Both the position numbers and the translations under genes were made by a program. A DNA stretch of 64,000 bases from Polyangiaceae bacterium (lineage in GTDB: Bacteria > Myxococcota_A > Polyangia > Polyangiales > Polyangiaceae), in the NCBI GenBank assembly GCA_044222475.1, contig JBGANF010000034.1, forward strand, positions 1 to 64,000, read 5' to 3'. Positions within the stretch are counted from its first letter, which is position 1. Each line of letters starts with the position of its first letter. The notes under the pieces were generated by a model. The model was not told the origin of the DNA. It saw nothing but the letters and a program-made list of their open reading frames with translations, and did not search any database. This document shows positions 52,834 to 62,218 of the stretch, piece after piece.

Positions 52834-53748
52834 TCACTGCGGCGCGCAGGTCGAGACGCCTGCGCCGACGATGTCCGACGTGTAGCCGCCGACGACCGTA
52901 GCGGCCTTCGTCGCGGGATCGTAGCGGGTCACGCGTTGCTTGCCGGGTGACGTGAAGAGCCAGAAATAGCCTCCCCAGAAGCCGAACGCCCAGGCTTGCC
53001 CCTGGTCGACGCCGGGCAACGGGTCGGACGCAATGACCTTGGCGGTCGCCTTGTCGACCTCGGCGATGGCGCTCTCGCCGTCGCTCGGCGAATAGAACGC
53101 GTAGAGCCGCCCGTCGCCGGTGCCGGTGAGCTCGGCGCGATCGAGCTGCGGCTTGAAGGCGCCGACGGTCTTCAGCGCGAACGTTCCGGTGACGTCGATG
53201 GTGCCGAGGAGGGCGCTCGTCGACGAAGCCACGTAGAGGTCCTCCGCCGGTCCAGCGCCCTTCGTCGCGAAGCCCATGCCGAAGCTCTCGAAGTCGGTCT
53301 GGCCGTCGACGAACGGGGTCGCCGCGCAGCTCGCGTCCTTGGTGCTCACGCGGAAGAGCTGCCCGTTGTTGTAGGTGACGAACGCGACGCCCTTGCGGTC
53401 GACCCCCATGGAGAACGGCGTCGCGCCGCCCTTCGCCGGGCACTTGAGGATGCCGATGCTCTTGAAGCTCACGTCGGGCGGGTAGAAGGAGAGGAGCTCG
53501 TTCTCGGTCGTGACGACGTAGATGAAGGTGGAGTCGGCGTCGGGGCAGTCGTTCTTCGATGCGTCGCGCTTGGAGGCGTCGATGCGGGGGATGTCCTCGG
53601 CGATCGCGTCGCGCGCGTCCCTGCGGGCGTCGACGCCGGCTTCGACGACGACCTCTTCGGGGGCGAGCAGCCCGGTGCGCGATCCGCATGCGAGGAATCC
53701 GGCGAAGGTCGTGATGGCGACGACGGAGAAGAGGAGGCGGCGACGCAT
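52834..53748 (-). CDS. Hypothetical lipoprotein, probable beta-propeller
   Basis: Lipobox FLAC, acidic linker, C-terminal IVGAGVSTCAP. Confidence 0.75.
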   Translation of the reverse strand: MRRRLLFSVVAITTFAGFLACGSRTGLLAPEEVVVEAGVDARRDARDAIAEDIPRIDASKRDASKNDCPDADSTFIYVVTTENELLSFYPPDVSFKSIGILKCPAKGGATPFSMGVDRKGVAFVTYNNGQLFRVSTKDASCAATPFVDGQTDFESFGMGFATKGAGPAEDLYVASSTSALLGTIDVTGTFALKTVGAFKPQLDRAELTGTGDGRLYAFYSPSDGESAIAEVDKATAKVIASDPLPGVDQGQAWAFGFWGGYFWLFTSPGKQRVTRYDPATKAATVVGGYTSDIVGAGVSTCAPQ

Positions 53749-53815
53749 CGGCTACGCCCCACCATCGCGCTTCGCTCGGTCACGAGCAACCGACAAAACG
53801 TGCTATTTGCGTCTC

Positions 53816-54802
53816 ATGTCGTTTCCCATCGAGCGCCCTCGGCGACTGCGGCGAACCGCCGCGATTCGCAAGCTGGTCCGCGAGACCACGCTCGCGCCGA
53901 GTGACTTCATCCTCCCGCTCTTCTTCTCCGAGACGGCGACGGAGCCGAAGCCGGTGAGCACCATGCCGGGCGTGTTCCAGCTCCCGGTGTCGCACGCGAA
54001 CGTCGTCGCGAAGGCGGCGCACCAGAAGGGCCTCGGCGGAGTGATCCTCTTCGGTCTCCCGAAGGAGAAGGACCCGAGCGGTCTCGCCGGCGTGCGAGCC
54101 GATGGTCCGGTGCCGATGGCGGTGCGGGCGATGAAGGAGGCCGCGCCCGAGCTCCTCGTCATGACCGACGTCTGCGTCGACGAGTACACCGACCATGGCC
54201 ACTGCGGCGTCCTCCACACCGCGTCGGACGGTACCGTCGAGGTCGACAACGACGCCACGAACGAGATCTTGGCGCAGATGGCGGTGATGCACGCCCGCGC
54301 CGGCGCCGACGTGGTCGCCCCGAGCGACATGATGGATGGACGCGTCGGCGCGATCCGCCGCGCGCTCGACTCCGAGGGCCTGTCTCGCACCGCGATCCTC
54401 AGCTACGCCGTCAAGTACGCTTCTGCGTTCTACGGTCCGTTTCGCGAGGCCGCCGACTGCGCGCCGAAGTTCGGCGATCGCGCCGGCTACCAGATGGACC
54501 CGGCGAACGCGCGCGAAGCCCTTCGCGAGATCCGCCTCGACGAAGAGGAAGGCGCCGACATGCTCATGGTGAAGCCCGCGCTGTCCTACCTCGACGTGAT
54601 CCGCCTCGTTCGCGACGCGTCGCCGCTGCCCCTCGCCGCCTACAACGTCTCGGGCGAGTACTCGATGCTGCACGCCGCGGCGCAGGCGAAGATGATCGAT
54701 CTCGATCGCGCGATGATGGAGGTGCTGACGAGCATCCGCCGCGCCGGCGCGGACGTGATCCTCACCTACCAACGAGCATCCGCCGCGCCGGCGCGGACGT
54801 GA
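53816..54802 (+). CDS. hemB: Porphobilinogen synthase; C-terminus altered by a 44-bp duplication (native end would be 54849)
   Basis: RPRRLR, DVCVDEYTDHGHCG, APSDMMDG, FYGPFREA, MVKPA, AYNVSGEY. Confidence 0.95.
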   Translation: MSFPIERPRRLRRTAAIRKLVRETTLAPSDFILPLFFSETATEPKPVSTMPGVFQLPVSHANVVAKAAHQKGLGGVILFGLPKEKDPSGLAGVRADGPVPMAVRAMKEAAPELLVMTDVCVDEYTDHGHCGVLHTASDGTVEVDNDATNEILAQMAVMHARAGADVVAPSDMMDGRVGAIRRALDSEGLSRTAILSYAVKYASAFYGPFREAADCAPKFGDRAGYQMDPANAREALREIRLDEEEGADMLMVKPALSYLDVIRLVRDASPLPLAAYNVSGEYSMLHAAAQAKMIDLDRAMMEVLTSIRRAGADVILTYQRASAAPART

Positions 54803-54815
54803 TCCTCACCTACCA
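54728..54815 (+). repeat. Exact 44-bp tandem duplication
   Basis: ACGAGCATCCGCCGCGCCGGCGCGGACGTGATCCTCACCTACCA at 54728-54771 and again at 54772-54815. Confidence 0.95.
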
Positions 54816-54841
54816 TGCGCTCGCCGCGGCGGAGCTGCTCG

Positions 54842-55360
54842 GTGCGTAAGACGCTCGCCGCGATCGTCGCGAGCGGGGCCATCGGTGTGCTCGCGTTGCC
54901 GTTTGCGACCGCTCCAGCGTGCTTGCCTCAGGGGGCGTGCGATTTCACGTACTCGCTCTACTGCGATCCGGTGGACGGGGGTAACGCGGCGTGCGGTGGT
55001 CGCGTCATCGACGACACCCACTGGGAGTCGAGCCCGCTCGAAGGGAAATGGCTCGCATACCCGAAGAACGGCATCATCCGCCTCGATCCGCGCGACCGCT
55101 CTGGGCGCAAGGTGAAGGGAGCGTTCGTGCGCACCCAGGCGTGGATCAGCGCGTGCGACACGCCGTCCTCCGCCGGCTGCAATTTTGCCCTCGCCGCCGG
55201 CAACAACGCGGAGTGGCACTGGCTCGACGCCGACCGCACCGTCGAGATCCACAACAACACCTGCGAATCGTTCTATTTTCGCGCCGTCATCGAAACGGAT
55301 GGAATCGAGTCGACCGACGGGTCGTCCCAAGATGGTACGAAAGACGCAGCGAGCGACTGA
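54842..55360 (+). CDS. Hypothetical exported Cys-containing protein
   Basis: GTG start overlapping the native hemB end; hydrophobic leader; paired Cys. Confidence 0.65.
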   Translation: MRKTLAAIVASGAIGVLALPFATAPACLPQGACDFTYSLYCDPVDGGNAACGGRVIDDTHWESSPLEGKWLAYPKNGIIRLDPRDRSGRKVKGAFVRTQAWISACDTPSSAGCNFALAAGNNAEWHWLDADRTVEIHNNTCESFYFRAVIETDGIESTDGSSQDGTKDAASD

Positions 55361-55369
55361 AAGAGAACC

Positions 55370-55903
55370 ATGACCCACCCCTGGCATGACATCGCGGTCC
55401 CCGAGCCGATCGAAGAGGCCTTCCCCGCGTTCATCGAGATCCCGAAGGGATCGAAGGTGAAGTACGAGCTCGACAAGGAGACGGGGCTCCTCATGGTCGA
55501 CCGCGTGCTCTTCTCGGCGGTGCACTACCCGGCGAACTACGGGTTCATCCCTCGCACCTACGCGGGCGACGGCGACCCGCTCGACGTCCTCGTGCTCGGT
55601 CAGGAGCCGGTCGTCCCGATGTGCATGATGCGAGCGCGCGCCATCGGCATGATGATGATGCGCGACGACAAAGGCATCGACGAGAAGATCATCGCCATCC
55701 ACTTGGACGACCCGGCCGTCGCGCAGTACACGCACATCCGCGAGGTCCCCCAGCACTCGCTGCTCGAGCTTCGTCGATTCTTCCTCGACTACAAGACGCT
55801 CGAGAACAAGGAGGTCATCGTCGAGGACTTCCAGGGCCCGTTCGAGGCGAACAAGGCGATCCGCGCCGCGATCGAGGGCTACAAGAAGCTGCGCGCGACC
55901 TGA
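55370..55903 (+). CDS. ppa: Inorganic pyrophosphatase (family I)
   Basis: EIPKGSKVKYE, YPANYGFIP, DGDPLDVLV. Confidence 0.96.
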   Translation: MTHPWHDIAVPEPIEEAFPAFIEIPKGSKVKYELDKETGLLMVDRVLFSAVHYPANYGFIPRTYAGDGDPLDVLVLGQEPVVPMCMMRARAIGMMMMRDDKGIDEKIIAIHLDDPAVAQYTHIREVPQHSLLELRRFFLDYKTLENKEVIVEDFQGPFEANKAIRAAIEGYKKLRAT

Positions 55904-55904
55904 G

Positions 55905-56318
55905 CTACTTGCCGGCGTCGCCCGCGCCCCACGTCGACGGTGCCCCACCGTCGCGGGCTTCCATCTTGGGGGGCGGCGCGAACGCGCTCGTGGGGGTGGG
56001 CGCGGCGGCCGTGTTCGTGTCGGTCCCTTCGCCGGGGGCGGCGGCGGCCATGCCTTCGTCGGTCGGGAGCTGGGGGTTCAGGAGCGCGTCGGCGCGTGCT
56101 CGGGCGTACTCGACGCGGTCGCGCGTCTGGCCGTAGGTGTGGTTCTTGGACCAGTCGCTCCAGCAGTCGGCCTTCTTCGGCATCGGAGCCGTCGGTGTTT
56201 CGTCGAGGGCGTAGCAGTGCTCGAAGCGGGCGTCGTTCTCGTAGACGGTCTGGAAGCTCGGCCCGCAGGCGAGGCTCGTGGCCACGAGCACACCGATGCA
56301 ACCGAGGGCGAGACGCAT
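55905..56318 (-). CDS. Small hypothetical lipoprotein
   Basis: Lipobox SLAC; start lies 6 nt after a TATGCT -10-like hexamer. Confidence 0.65.
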   Translation of the reverse strand: MRLALGCIGVLVATSLACGPSFQTVYENDARFEHCYALDETPTAPMPKKADCWSDWSKNHTYGQTRDRVEYARARADALLNPQLPTDEGMAAAAPGEGTDTNTAAAPTPTSAFAPPPKMEARDGGAPSTWGAGDAGK

Positions 56319-56324
56319 GAGCCG

Positions 56325-56345
56325 AGCATAGCACTGTGCTATGGA
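56325..56345. promoter_or_regulatory. Symmetric bidirectional extended -10 promoter
   Basis: Inverted repeat CATAGCAC-T-GTGCTATG gives TG-C-TATGGA on + and TG-C-TATGCT on -, each 6-7 nt from a start codon. Confidence 0.6.
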
Positions 56346-56352
56346 TGCGCGC

Positions 56353-57024
56353 GTGTTCACCGGGCTCGTCGAACAAGCGGGGACGCTCGCTGCGCGGCAA
56401 CTTCGTGGGCCCGGCGCACGCCTGACCGTTCGCACGGACCTGGCGCCGCTCGTCCTCGGCGAATCCGTCTCGGTCGACGGGGTCTGCCTCACCGTGGACG
56501 CGATCGGCGACGGTACGTTCGAAGCGGACGCTTCGCGCGAGACGCTCGACCGGACGACCCTGGGTGACGTCGCCATCGGCGCGAAGGTCAACCTCGAGCG
56601 CGCGGTTCCGCTCGGCGGACGCATGGGGGGTCACATCGTCTCGGGCCACGTGGACGGCGTCGGGGCGATCGTGTCGCGGACCCCGGTCGGCAACGCCGAG
56701 CGGGTCGAGATCCGTTTCCCGAAGGACCTCGCTCCGTTCATCGCCGAGAAAGGCTCGATCTGCGTCAGCGGCGTCAGCCTGACGGTCAACGGCGTGGCCG
56801 ACGACGTCTTCCACCTGGTCCTCATCCCGCGGACGCTGCGCGACACCTCCTTGTCGACGTTGAACGCCGGCTCCAAGGTCAACTTGGAGGTCGACGTGCT
56901 CGCGCGCTATCTTCTTCGGCTCGTTCGCACGGGCGCGCTCGCGGATTCGGGAGCGGACCCGAACGCGGCGGCCGCGAACGACGCCGCATGGCGGGAGCGG
57001 CTGGCGCGCGGCGGTTTCATGTAA
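56353..57024 (+). CDS. ribE: Riboflavin synthase
   Basis: GTG start gives the family's N-terminal MFTG; GVCLT, VNLERA, GGHIVSGHVD, GVSLT. Confidence 0.95.
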   Translation: MFTGLVEQAGTLAARQLRGPGARLTVRTDLAPLVLGESVSVDGVCLTVDAIGDGTFEADASRETLDRTTLGDVAIGAKVNLERAVPLGGRMGGHIVSGHVDGVGAIVSRTPVGNAERVEIRFPKDLAPFIAEKGSICVSGVSLTVNGVADDVFHLVLIPRTLRDTSLSTLNAGSKVNLEVDVLARYLLRLVRTGALADSGADPNAAAANDAAWRERLARGGFM

Positions 57025-57069
57025 TATGCACGCTCCCCCGACCCTCCCCATCGCCGCCTGCGCTTGCCC

Positions 57070-58224
57070 ATGACCGGTGCCATCGAGCTCGACCCGAAAC
57101 TCCTCGAACGCGTCAACGCGGCCATCGCCGACGTGCGCGCGGGCAAGATGGTGATCCTCGTCGACGACGAAGATCGCGAGAACGAGGGCGACCTCTGCAT
57201 GGCCGCCGAGTTCGTCACGCCCGAGGCGATCAACTTCATGGCGACGCACGGGCGCGGGCTCATCTGCGTGACCCTCACCGAGGAGCAGATCGAGCGGCTC
57301 GAGCTCCCGATGATGCAGTCGCCCGGGCGCGGTGGTCCGCCGCTCGGCACCGCGTTCACCGTCACCGTCGAAGCACGCCACGGCGTCACGACTGGCATCA
57401 GCGCGCAGGATCGCGCCTACACGACGCGCCTCGTCGCGAGCCCCGTGTGCCGTCCCGAGGATCTCGTGACGCCGGGCCACGTGTTTCCGCTTCGTGCGCG
57501 CAAGGGAGGCGTCCTCGTACGCACCGGCCAGACCGAGGGCTCGGTCGATCTCGCGCGGCTCGCGAACCTGACCCCCGCCGGCGTCATCTGCGAGATCATG
57601 AACGAGGACGGCACGATGGCGCGCATGCCCGACCTCGAGGCCTTCGGCAAGAAGCACTCCCTCCGCATCGTGACGATCGCCGATCTCATCCAGTACCGCC
57701 TGCAGACCGAGCGGCTCGTCCGCCGCGTGTCCGAGCGAAGCCTCGTGATGGACGCGACGTCCAGCGACTGGCACGCCCACGTGTACGAGTCGGCGACCGA
57801 TGGTCGCCAGCTGATCGCGCTCGTGAAGGGCACGATCTCCAGCGACGACGCTGTTCTGTGTAGAATGCACGCGGGCTCCACCGTGGCCGACGTGTTCTCG
57901 TCCACCCGGCGAGAGGGCGGCAGCCACCTGCGCGAGGCGATGATGGCGATCGAGAAGGAGGGCCGCGGGATCGTCGTCTACCTTCCCGCTAGGACGCCGC
58001 TGTCGGTCCAGCTCGACACGCACGGCGGAGAGCCCGCGAGCGACCCGGCCGATCACCCGCTGCGGGAGTTCGGGCTCGGCGCGCAAGTGCTCGCGGACCT
58101 CGGAGCGAAGAAGCTCCGGCTCCTCACCAACAACCCGCGCAAGATCGCCGGCATCCGTGGCTACGGGCTCGACATCGTCGAGAGCGTGCCGCTTCATTCC
58201 ATGTCTCAACGAGGAACCTCATGA
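57070..58224 (+). CDS. ribB: DHBP synthase fused to a degenerate GTP cyclohydrolase II domain (RibBX)
   Basis: [29 protein letters not shown]; the C-terminal domain keeps LLTNNP.K but lacks the Zn-binding Cys residues. Confidence 0.92.
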   Translation: MTGAIELDPKLLERVNAAIADVRAGKMVILVDDEDRENEGDLCMAAEFVTPEAINFMATHGRGLICVTLTEEQIERLELPMMQSPGRGGPPLGTAFTVTVEARHGVTTGISAQDRAYTTRLVASPVCRPEDLVTPGHVFPLRARKGGVLVRTGQTEGSVDLARLANLTPAGVICEIMNEDGTMARMPDLEAFGKKHSLRIVTIADLIQYRLQTERLVRRVSERSLVMDATSSDWHAHVYESATDGRQLIALVKGTISSDDAVLCRMHAGSTVADVFSSTRREGGSHLREAMMAIEKEGRGIVVYLPARTPLSVQLDTHGGEPASDPADHPLREFGLGAQVLADLGAKKLRLLTNNPRKIAGIRGYGLDIVESVPLHSMSQRGTS

Positions 58225-58709
58225 CCACTGCACGGACCGTCGAAGGCACGCTCGTCTGCCCGAAGGGCGCCCGCATCGCGATCGTCGCGGCTCGCTTCAA
58301 CCACTTCGTCGTCGACCGCCTCGTCGACGGCGCGCTCGACGCGATCGCGCGACACGGCGGCGACCTCGCGAAGGTCACGGTGGTCAAGGTGCCGGGCGCG
58401 TGGGAGCTGCCGGTGGCCGTCCATCGGCTGGCCCACGGCAAGAAGGTCGACGCGATCATCGCGCTCGGCGCGGTCATCCGCGGGTCGACGCCGCACTTCG
58501 ACTACGTCGCAGGCGAAGCCACCAAGGGCGTCGCCCAAGTGGCGATGCACACCGGAATCCCAGTCGCGTTTGGCGTCCTCACCACCGACTCGATCGAGCA
58601 GGCGGTCGAGCGCGCCGGGACGAAGCACGGAAACAAGGGTTGGGACGCCGCCGTCTCCGCGATCGAGATGATCTCGCTCGCGAAGGCGCTCGACGCCGCC
58701 GGCCTCTGA
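58221..58709 (+). CDS. ribH: Lumazine synthase
   Basis: [27 protein letters not shown]. Confidence 0.96.
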   Translation: MTTARTVEGTLVCPKGARIAIVAARFNHFVVDRLVDGALDAIARHGGDLAKVTVVKVPGAWELPVAVHRLAHGKKVDAIIALGAVIRGSTPHFDYVAGEATKGVAQVAMHTGIPVAFGVLTTDSIEQAVERAGTKHGNKGWDAAVSAIEMISLAKALDAAGL

Positions 58710-58719
58710 GACCAAGACG

Positions 58720-59142
58720 ATGGGCGCACGCCACTCCGGCCGCGAAGCGGCGCTGCAGATGCTCTTCCAGCTCGAGGCGTCGGGGGCGCCGGTCGACGAG
58801 GTCGTCGCGCTGTTCTGGAAGAACTTCGAGGCCGATCCCGAAGGAAAGGCCTACGCCGACGCGCTCGTACGCGATTGCGCCGCGCGCCTCGCCGACGTGG
58901 ACGCGCGCATCAAGACCGCCGCGACCAACTGGCGCATCGAGCGGATGACTCGGCTCGATCGCAACCTGCTTCGATTGGCCACCGCCGAGCTCCTCGTACG
59001 GCTCGACGTGCCGCGCGCGGTCATCCTCGACGAGGCGGTCGAGCTCGCGAAGTCCTTCGGCACCGAGGAGTCGAGCGCCTTCGTCAACGGCGTCCTCACC
59101 CGCATCGCCGACGACCTCGGGCGCAAGGACGCCGACCGGTGA
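58720..59142 (+). CDS. nusB: Transcription antitermination factor NusB
   Basis: R...REAALQMLFQ, DRNLLR, DEAVELAK, FVNGVL. Confidence 0.95.
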   Translation: MGARHSGREAALQMLFQLEASGAPVDEVVALFWKNFEADPEGKAYADALVRDCAARLADVDARIKTAATNWRIERMTRLDRNLLRLATAELLVRLDVPRAVILDEAVELAKSFGTEESSAFVNGVLTRIADDLGRKDADR

Positions 59143-59660
59143 CCGTGGTCGCGTCGCCTCGCTTCGTCGCGCCCGAGCTGAGGTCGATCGACGCAGCCCC
59201 GGCGGACGCGATCGCGTGCGGACTCTACGAAGACACGCGGCCGATGTGCGGCGTGGCCGGGCTCCTCGACTGGCGACTCGGCGGACGGTTGAGCGCGCTG
59301 CTCGACGAGCGATACCTCACCGGCAAGAGCGGCGAGGTGATGCTCGTCCCCGGGACGACGAAGCTCCCGTTCGCCAAGGTGCTGCTCTTCGGGCTCGGAG
59401 TGCGGGCCGCGTTCGACGAGCACGTGTTTCGGAGCGCGCTCCTTCGCTACTTCGATCGCTTCGCCGGGCTCGCGCTGGAGACCGTCCTCCTCGAGCTCCC
59501 GGGCCGCGCCGACGACGCGATCGACGCGGGGCGGGCGGCGGAGCTCTTGGTCGAGCTCGGCGGCGTGAGCGATGCGCTGTCGATCATCGAGGATGCGACC
59601 GGGGCGGCGACGATGACGACGAAGCTCGCGGAGGAGCAGCGGAAGGCGCGGAGGATCTGA
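59139..59660 (+). CDS. Stand-alone peptidase M17 N-terminal-domain protein
   Basis: GTGA overlap with nusB; RP..GVAGLLDWRLGG.LS and VLLFGLG motifs. Confidence 0.7.
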   Translation: MTVVASPRFVAPELRSIDAAPADAIACGLYEDTRPMCGVAGLLDWRLGGRLSALLDERYLTGKSGEVMLVPGTTKLPFAKVLLFGLGVRAAFDEHVFRSALLRYFDRFAGLALETVLLELPGRADDAIDAGRAAELLVELGGVSDALSIIEDATGAATMTTKLAEEQRKARRI

Positions 59661-60199
59661 TGGCGAGGCACGTCGCGCTTCTGCGGGGCATCAACGTCGG
59701 CGGGAAGCGCAGCGTCCCGATGCCGGCGCTGAAGAAGCTGTTCGAGAAGGCGGGCTGCACGGACGTCGATACGTACATCCAGAGCGGCAACGTGGTGTTC
59801 GGGGCGCCGGTCGCGTCGCTGGCGAAGCTCGCCGAGGTTCTGCCGAAGCAGATGGAGAAGGCGTTCGGGTTTCCGATGCCCGTCGTCCTGCGATCGGCGG
59901 GCGACCTGGCGAAGGTCGTGAGCGCGAACCCGTTCCTTCGGCCGGGCGTCGCGCCCGAGTCGCTCCACGTCGCGTTCCTGCGGGATGTCCCCACGAAGGC
60001 TGCCGTCGCGACGCTCGACCCGGCGCGCTCGCCCGGCGACTCCTTCGCGGTCGTGAAGGGCGACGTCTTTCTGCACCTCCCGAACGGCGTCGCGAAGACG
60101 AAGCTGTCGAATGCGTGGTTCGATTCGAAGCTGGGCACCGTGAGCACGGTTCGGAACTGGCGGACGGTGCTGACGCTGGTGGAGATGTCGAGGGTCTGA
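59660..60199 (+). CDS. DUF1697 family protein
   Basis: VALLRGINVGG, TYIQSGNV, T.RNWRT. Confidence 0.9.
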   Translation: MARHVALLRGINVGGKRSVPMPALKKLFEKAGCTDVDTYIQSGNVVFGAPVASLAKLAEVLPKQMEKAFGFPMPVVLRSAGDLAKVVSANPFLRPGVAPESLHVAFLRDVPTKAAVATLDPARSPGDSFAVVKGDVFLHLPNGVAKTKLSNAWFDSKLGTVSTVRNWRTVLTLVEMSRV

Positions 60200-60214
60200 A
60201 TCTCGGGACGCAGT

Positions 60215-60382
60215 CCCGTGCTCGTGCCCGTGCCCGTGCCCGTCCCCGCGTCACGTGCGACGCGCCACGAGACACGTTGAAGGGCTGGGATCCGGAGCGT
60301 CCCGCCGATCGGGCGAGTTCTCGAACGGAGAACGTGGGATTCGAGGCGCGGGCACGGGTAGGGGCACGGGCACGGGGAGAGA
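60215..60382. repeat. Inverted hexamer arrays (CCCGTG)n ... (CACGGG)n around a ~96-nt core
   Basis: The left arm (60215-60250) is largely the reverse complement of the right arm (60347-60382). Confidence 0.85.
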
Positions 60383-60425
60383 GGCATACTTCCCGGATCC
60401 CCGCGGATCGCGTAGCCTCGGTTGC

Positions 60426-61367
60426 ATGGGGTATGCAAAATTCGTTTCGGGCGCTTTCGGCATCGGACTCTTCGCGATCGTCGCGTGTGGAGACTCGACG
60501 ACGTCGACTCCGCTGACCGCCGATCAGGCCTGTACCAGCGCCACCCAGGCGCTGTGCGACAAGATCAACTCGTGCCTGCCGCTCGTCATCAGCACGCAAT
60601 ACGGCGATACGCAGACGTGCGTCACCCGCGGCAAGCTCTCGTGCATCCCCGACCTCGGCGCCCCGGGCACCAGCCAGACTCCCGCGTTGCTCGACGCCTG
60701 CGCGAAGGCCGTCGGTGGCGTGAGCTGTGGCGACATCAACTCGAACTCCCCGCCCGATGCGTGCAAGGTCAAACCCGGCACCGTGGCGAACGGCGGCGCG
60801 TGCGCCACCAACGCCCAGTGCGTGAGCACGGCCTGCATCGACACCGAGAAGACCGGATGCGGAACCTGCGGCGCGCGCGTCGCGATCGGCGGAGCGTGCG
60901 GCGGTGCCGGCCAGGGACCGTGTGACTACGGCTCGACCTGCGTCGCGAGCGTCTGCAAGAAGCTCGTCACCGCGGGCTCACCGTGCACGTCCAGCGCCGA
61001 GTGCGCGTTCGGTCTGCTCTGCAAGGGGAACGCCTGCGCCACGCCCGACGCCGCCGGTGCGGCGTGCACCCCGGGCGCCGGCGACACCTGCGATCGCGCG
61101 CAAGGCTTCTACTGTCACGCGACGAAGAAGCAGTGCATCGCGGTCAAGCAAGGTTCGATCAACGGCGCCTGCGGCTTCGACGCCGGCGGCGAGTACACCG
61201 TCTGCATCGGCGGCGCGTACTGCAAGACCAACGGGACGGCGCTCAACGGCGTCTGCACGAAGCTCGTCGCCGACGGTGGCGCGTGCTCCGGCACCGACCC
61301 CTGCCAGGGACCGGCGCAGTGCATCGCCAACGTCTGCAAGATCGTCGACCCGACCAGCTGCAAGTGA
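60426..61367 (+). CDS. Cys-rich repeat lipoprotein (Dickkopf-like G..C.....C repeats)
   Basis: Lipobox IVAC; more than 30 Cys in repeated modules. Confidence 0.8.
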   Translation: MGYAKFVSGAFGIGLFAIVACGDSTTSTPLTADQACTSATQALCDKINSCLPLVISTQYGDTQTCVTRGKLSCIPDLGAPGTSQTPALLDACAKAVGGVSCGDINSNSPPDACKVKPGTVANGGACATNAQCVSTACIDTEKTGCGTCGARVAIGGACGGAGQGPCDYGSTCVASVCKKLVTAGSPCTSSAECAFGLLCKGNACATPDAAGAACTPGAGDTCDRAQGFYCHATKKQCIAVKQGSINGACGFDAGGEYTVCIGGAYCKTNGTALNGVCTKLVADGGACSGTDPCQGPAQCIANVCKIVDPTSCK

Positions 61368-61378
61368 CGCGCTGACGG

Positions 61379-62218
61379 ATGCTCGATCTCGATCCCAAAC
61401 GCACCGGCACCGAGCCGCGGGCGGCGGCGACCGTGCTCTGGGTGCGAGAAGCGGGCGGCGCCGTCGAGGTGTTCTGCGTCGAGCGGAACAAGAAGGCGCG
61501 CTTCCTCGGCGGCGCGATCGTCTTCCCCGGTGGAAAGGTCGACGAGCTCGATCGCGAAGCGGGTTGGCCGGCCACTCCACCGGCGCCCGTTCGCGATCCG
61601 AAGTTCGCGGACGAGGCCACCCTGCGGTCGCTTCTCGTCGCGGTCTGCCGCGAGAGCCTCGAAGAAGCGGCGTTGCTCCCGCTGGAGGGGACCGTCGCTC
61701 ACGACGACCTCCTCGCGCTCCGCGCGGAGATGGCGCGCGGCGAGCGCACGCTCCGCGCATGGCTGACCGAGAAGTCGCGGGTCCTCGACCTGGGCGCGCT
61801 GCGCCCATTCTCCCGATGGATCACGCCGGTGGTCGAAGCGCGTCGCTACGACACCCGGTTCTTCGTCGGGATCGCGCCGGCCGGGCAGCCGGGAGCCCAC
61901 GACAACGAAGAGACCATGTCGAGCTTCTGGACGACGCCGCTGGCCGTTCTCGAGCGGTTCGCGAAGAACGAGGTCCAGCTCGCACCGCCGACACACCGAA
62001 CACTCGAGCAGATCGCCGGCGCCAAGACCGCCGCCGACGTATTCGCCATCGCCGAGCGCAACGACCTCGATCCGATTTGTCCCGAATTGGTACCGTCGAA
62101 AGATACCCTCGCCCTCGTGTTGCCCGGTGACCCCGAGCACTCGACCCGCACGCCGCGGGTACCGGGAAAGAGTCGCTACGTGCTCCGCGGCGAGCAGTGG
62201 CGCGCCGAGGATGCGTAG
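61379..62218 (+). CDS. NUDIX hydrolase (Nudt19-like)
   Basis: AAT, FPGGKVD, CRESLEEA, WITP...RRYDTRFF. Confidence 0.88.
   Translation: MLDLDPKRTGTEPRAAATVLWVREAGGAVEVFCVERNKKARFLGGAIVFPGGKVDELDREAGWPATPPAPVRDPKFADEATLRSLLVAVCRESLEEAALLPLEGTVAHDDLLALRAEMARGERTLRAWLTEKSRVLDLGALRPFSRWITPVVEARRYDTRFFVGIAPAGQPGAHDNEETMSSFWTTPLAVLERFAKNEVQLAPPTHRTLEQIAGAKTAADVFAIAERNDLDPICPELVPSKDTLALVLPGDPEHSTRTPRVPGKSRYVLRGEQWRAEDA

Noticed and set aside
51326..53689. 787-aa CobA-HemD with a long N-terminal extension
   Set aside because: The extension is an alternate frame of the 52834-53748 lipoprotein; CobA motifs begin after ATG 52825.
56319..56352. FMN riboswitch upstream of the rib operon
   Set aside because: The intergenic gap is only 34 nt and has no RFN-like sequence.
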